DNA of 64,000 nt from Bugula neritina (taxonomy: Eukaryota; Animalia; Bryozoa), in the NCBI GenBank assembly GCA_964035545.1, contig OZ037768.1:5426741-5490740 (forward strand), read 5' to 3'. Both the position numbers and the translations under genes were made by a program. Under the pieces are notes generated by a model that worked only from the letters and a program-made list of their open reading frames with translations, was not told the origin of the DNA and made no database searches. Positions within the stretch are counted from its first letter, which is position 1, and the number at the start of each line of letters is the position of its first letter. Positions 1 through 64,000 of the stretch are shown piece by piece.

Positions 1-103
1 GTGAAATTCAAACCTATACATTAGAATTAGTTTAAAAAATCATATCAGCTTGATATAGGTCACATGTTGATAAATTTCATTCTCAACTCTATATGCAATA
101 TAG

Positions 104-64000
<63,897 letters not shown>

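Overview
AT-rich eukaryotic (invertebrate-like metazoan) genomic DNA. The whole window lies inside one giant + strand gene encoding a MAM and LDL-receptor class A domain protein (MALRD1/MLRP-like). I traced about 124 GT-AG exons by hand that splice into one continuous reading frame with no start or stop codon in the window. They encode 38 complete and 2 partial MAM domains plus 16 LDLa modules, roughly 7,000-7,500 aa by estimate, arranged in a clear higher-order repeat. The introns hold the most interesting cargo: (i) a highly diverged 7SK snRNA gene (52721-52973, +) with a PSE-like promoter and oligo-T terminator, ending 29 nt before a host exon; (ii) intact tRNA-Pro(TGG) and tRNA-Ile(AAT) genes and a decayed tRNA-Ser(AGA); (iii) a probable nested antisense gene for a single-pass membrane glycoprotein; (iv) a hAT-type MITE, a tRNA-derived SINE, a 39-bp insertion with a 17-bp target-site duplication, and several mini/microsatellites. 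All calls are from reading the sequence by eye; no database searches were run, and exon boundaries could be off by a few nt in places.
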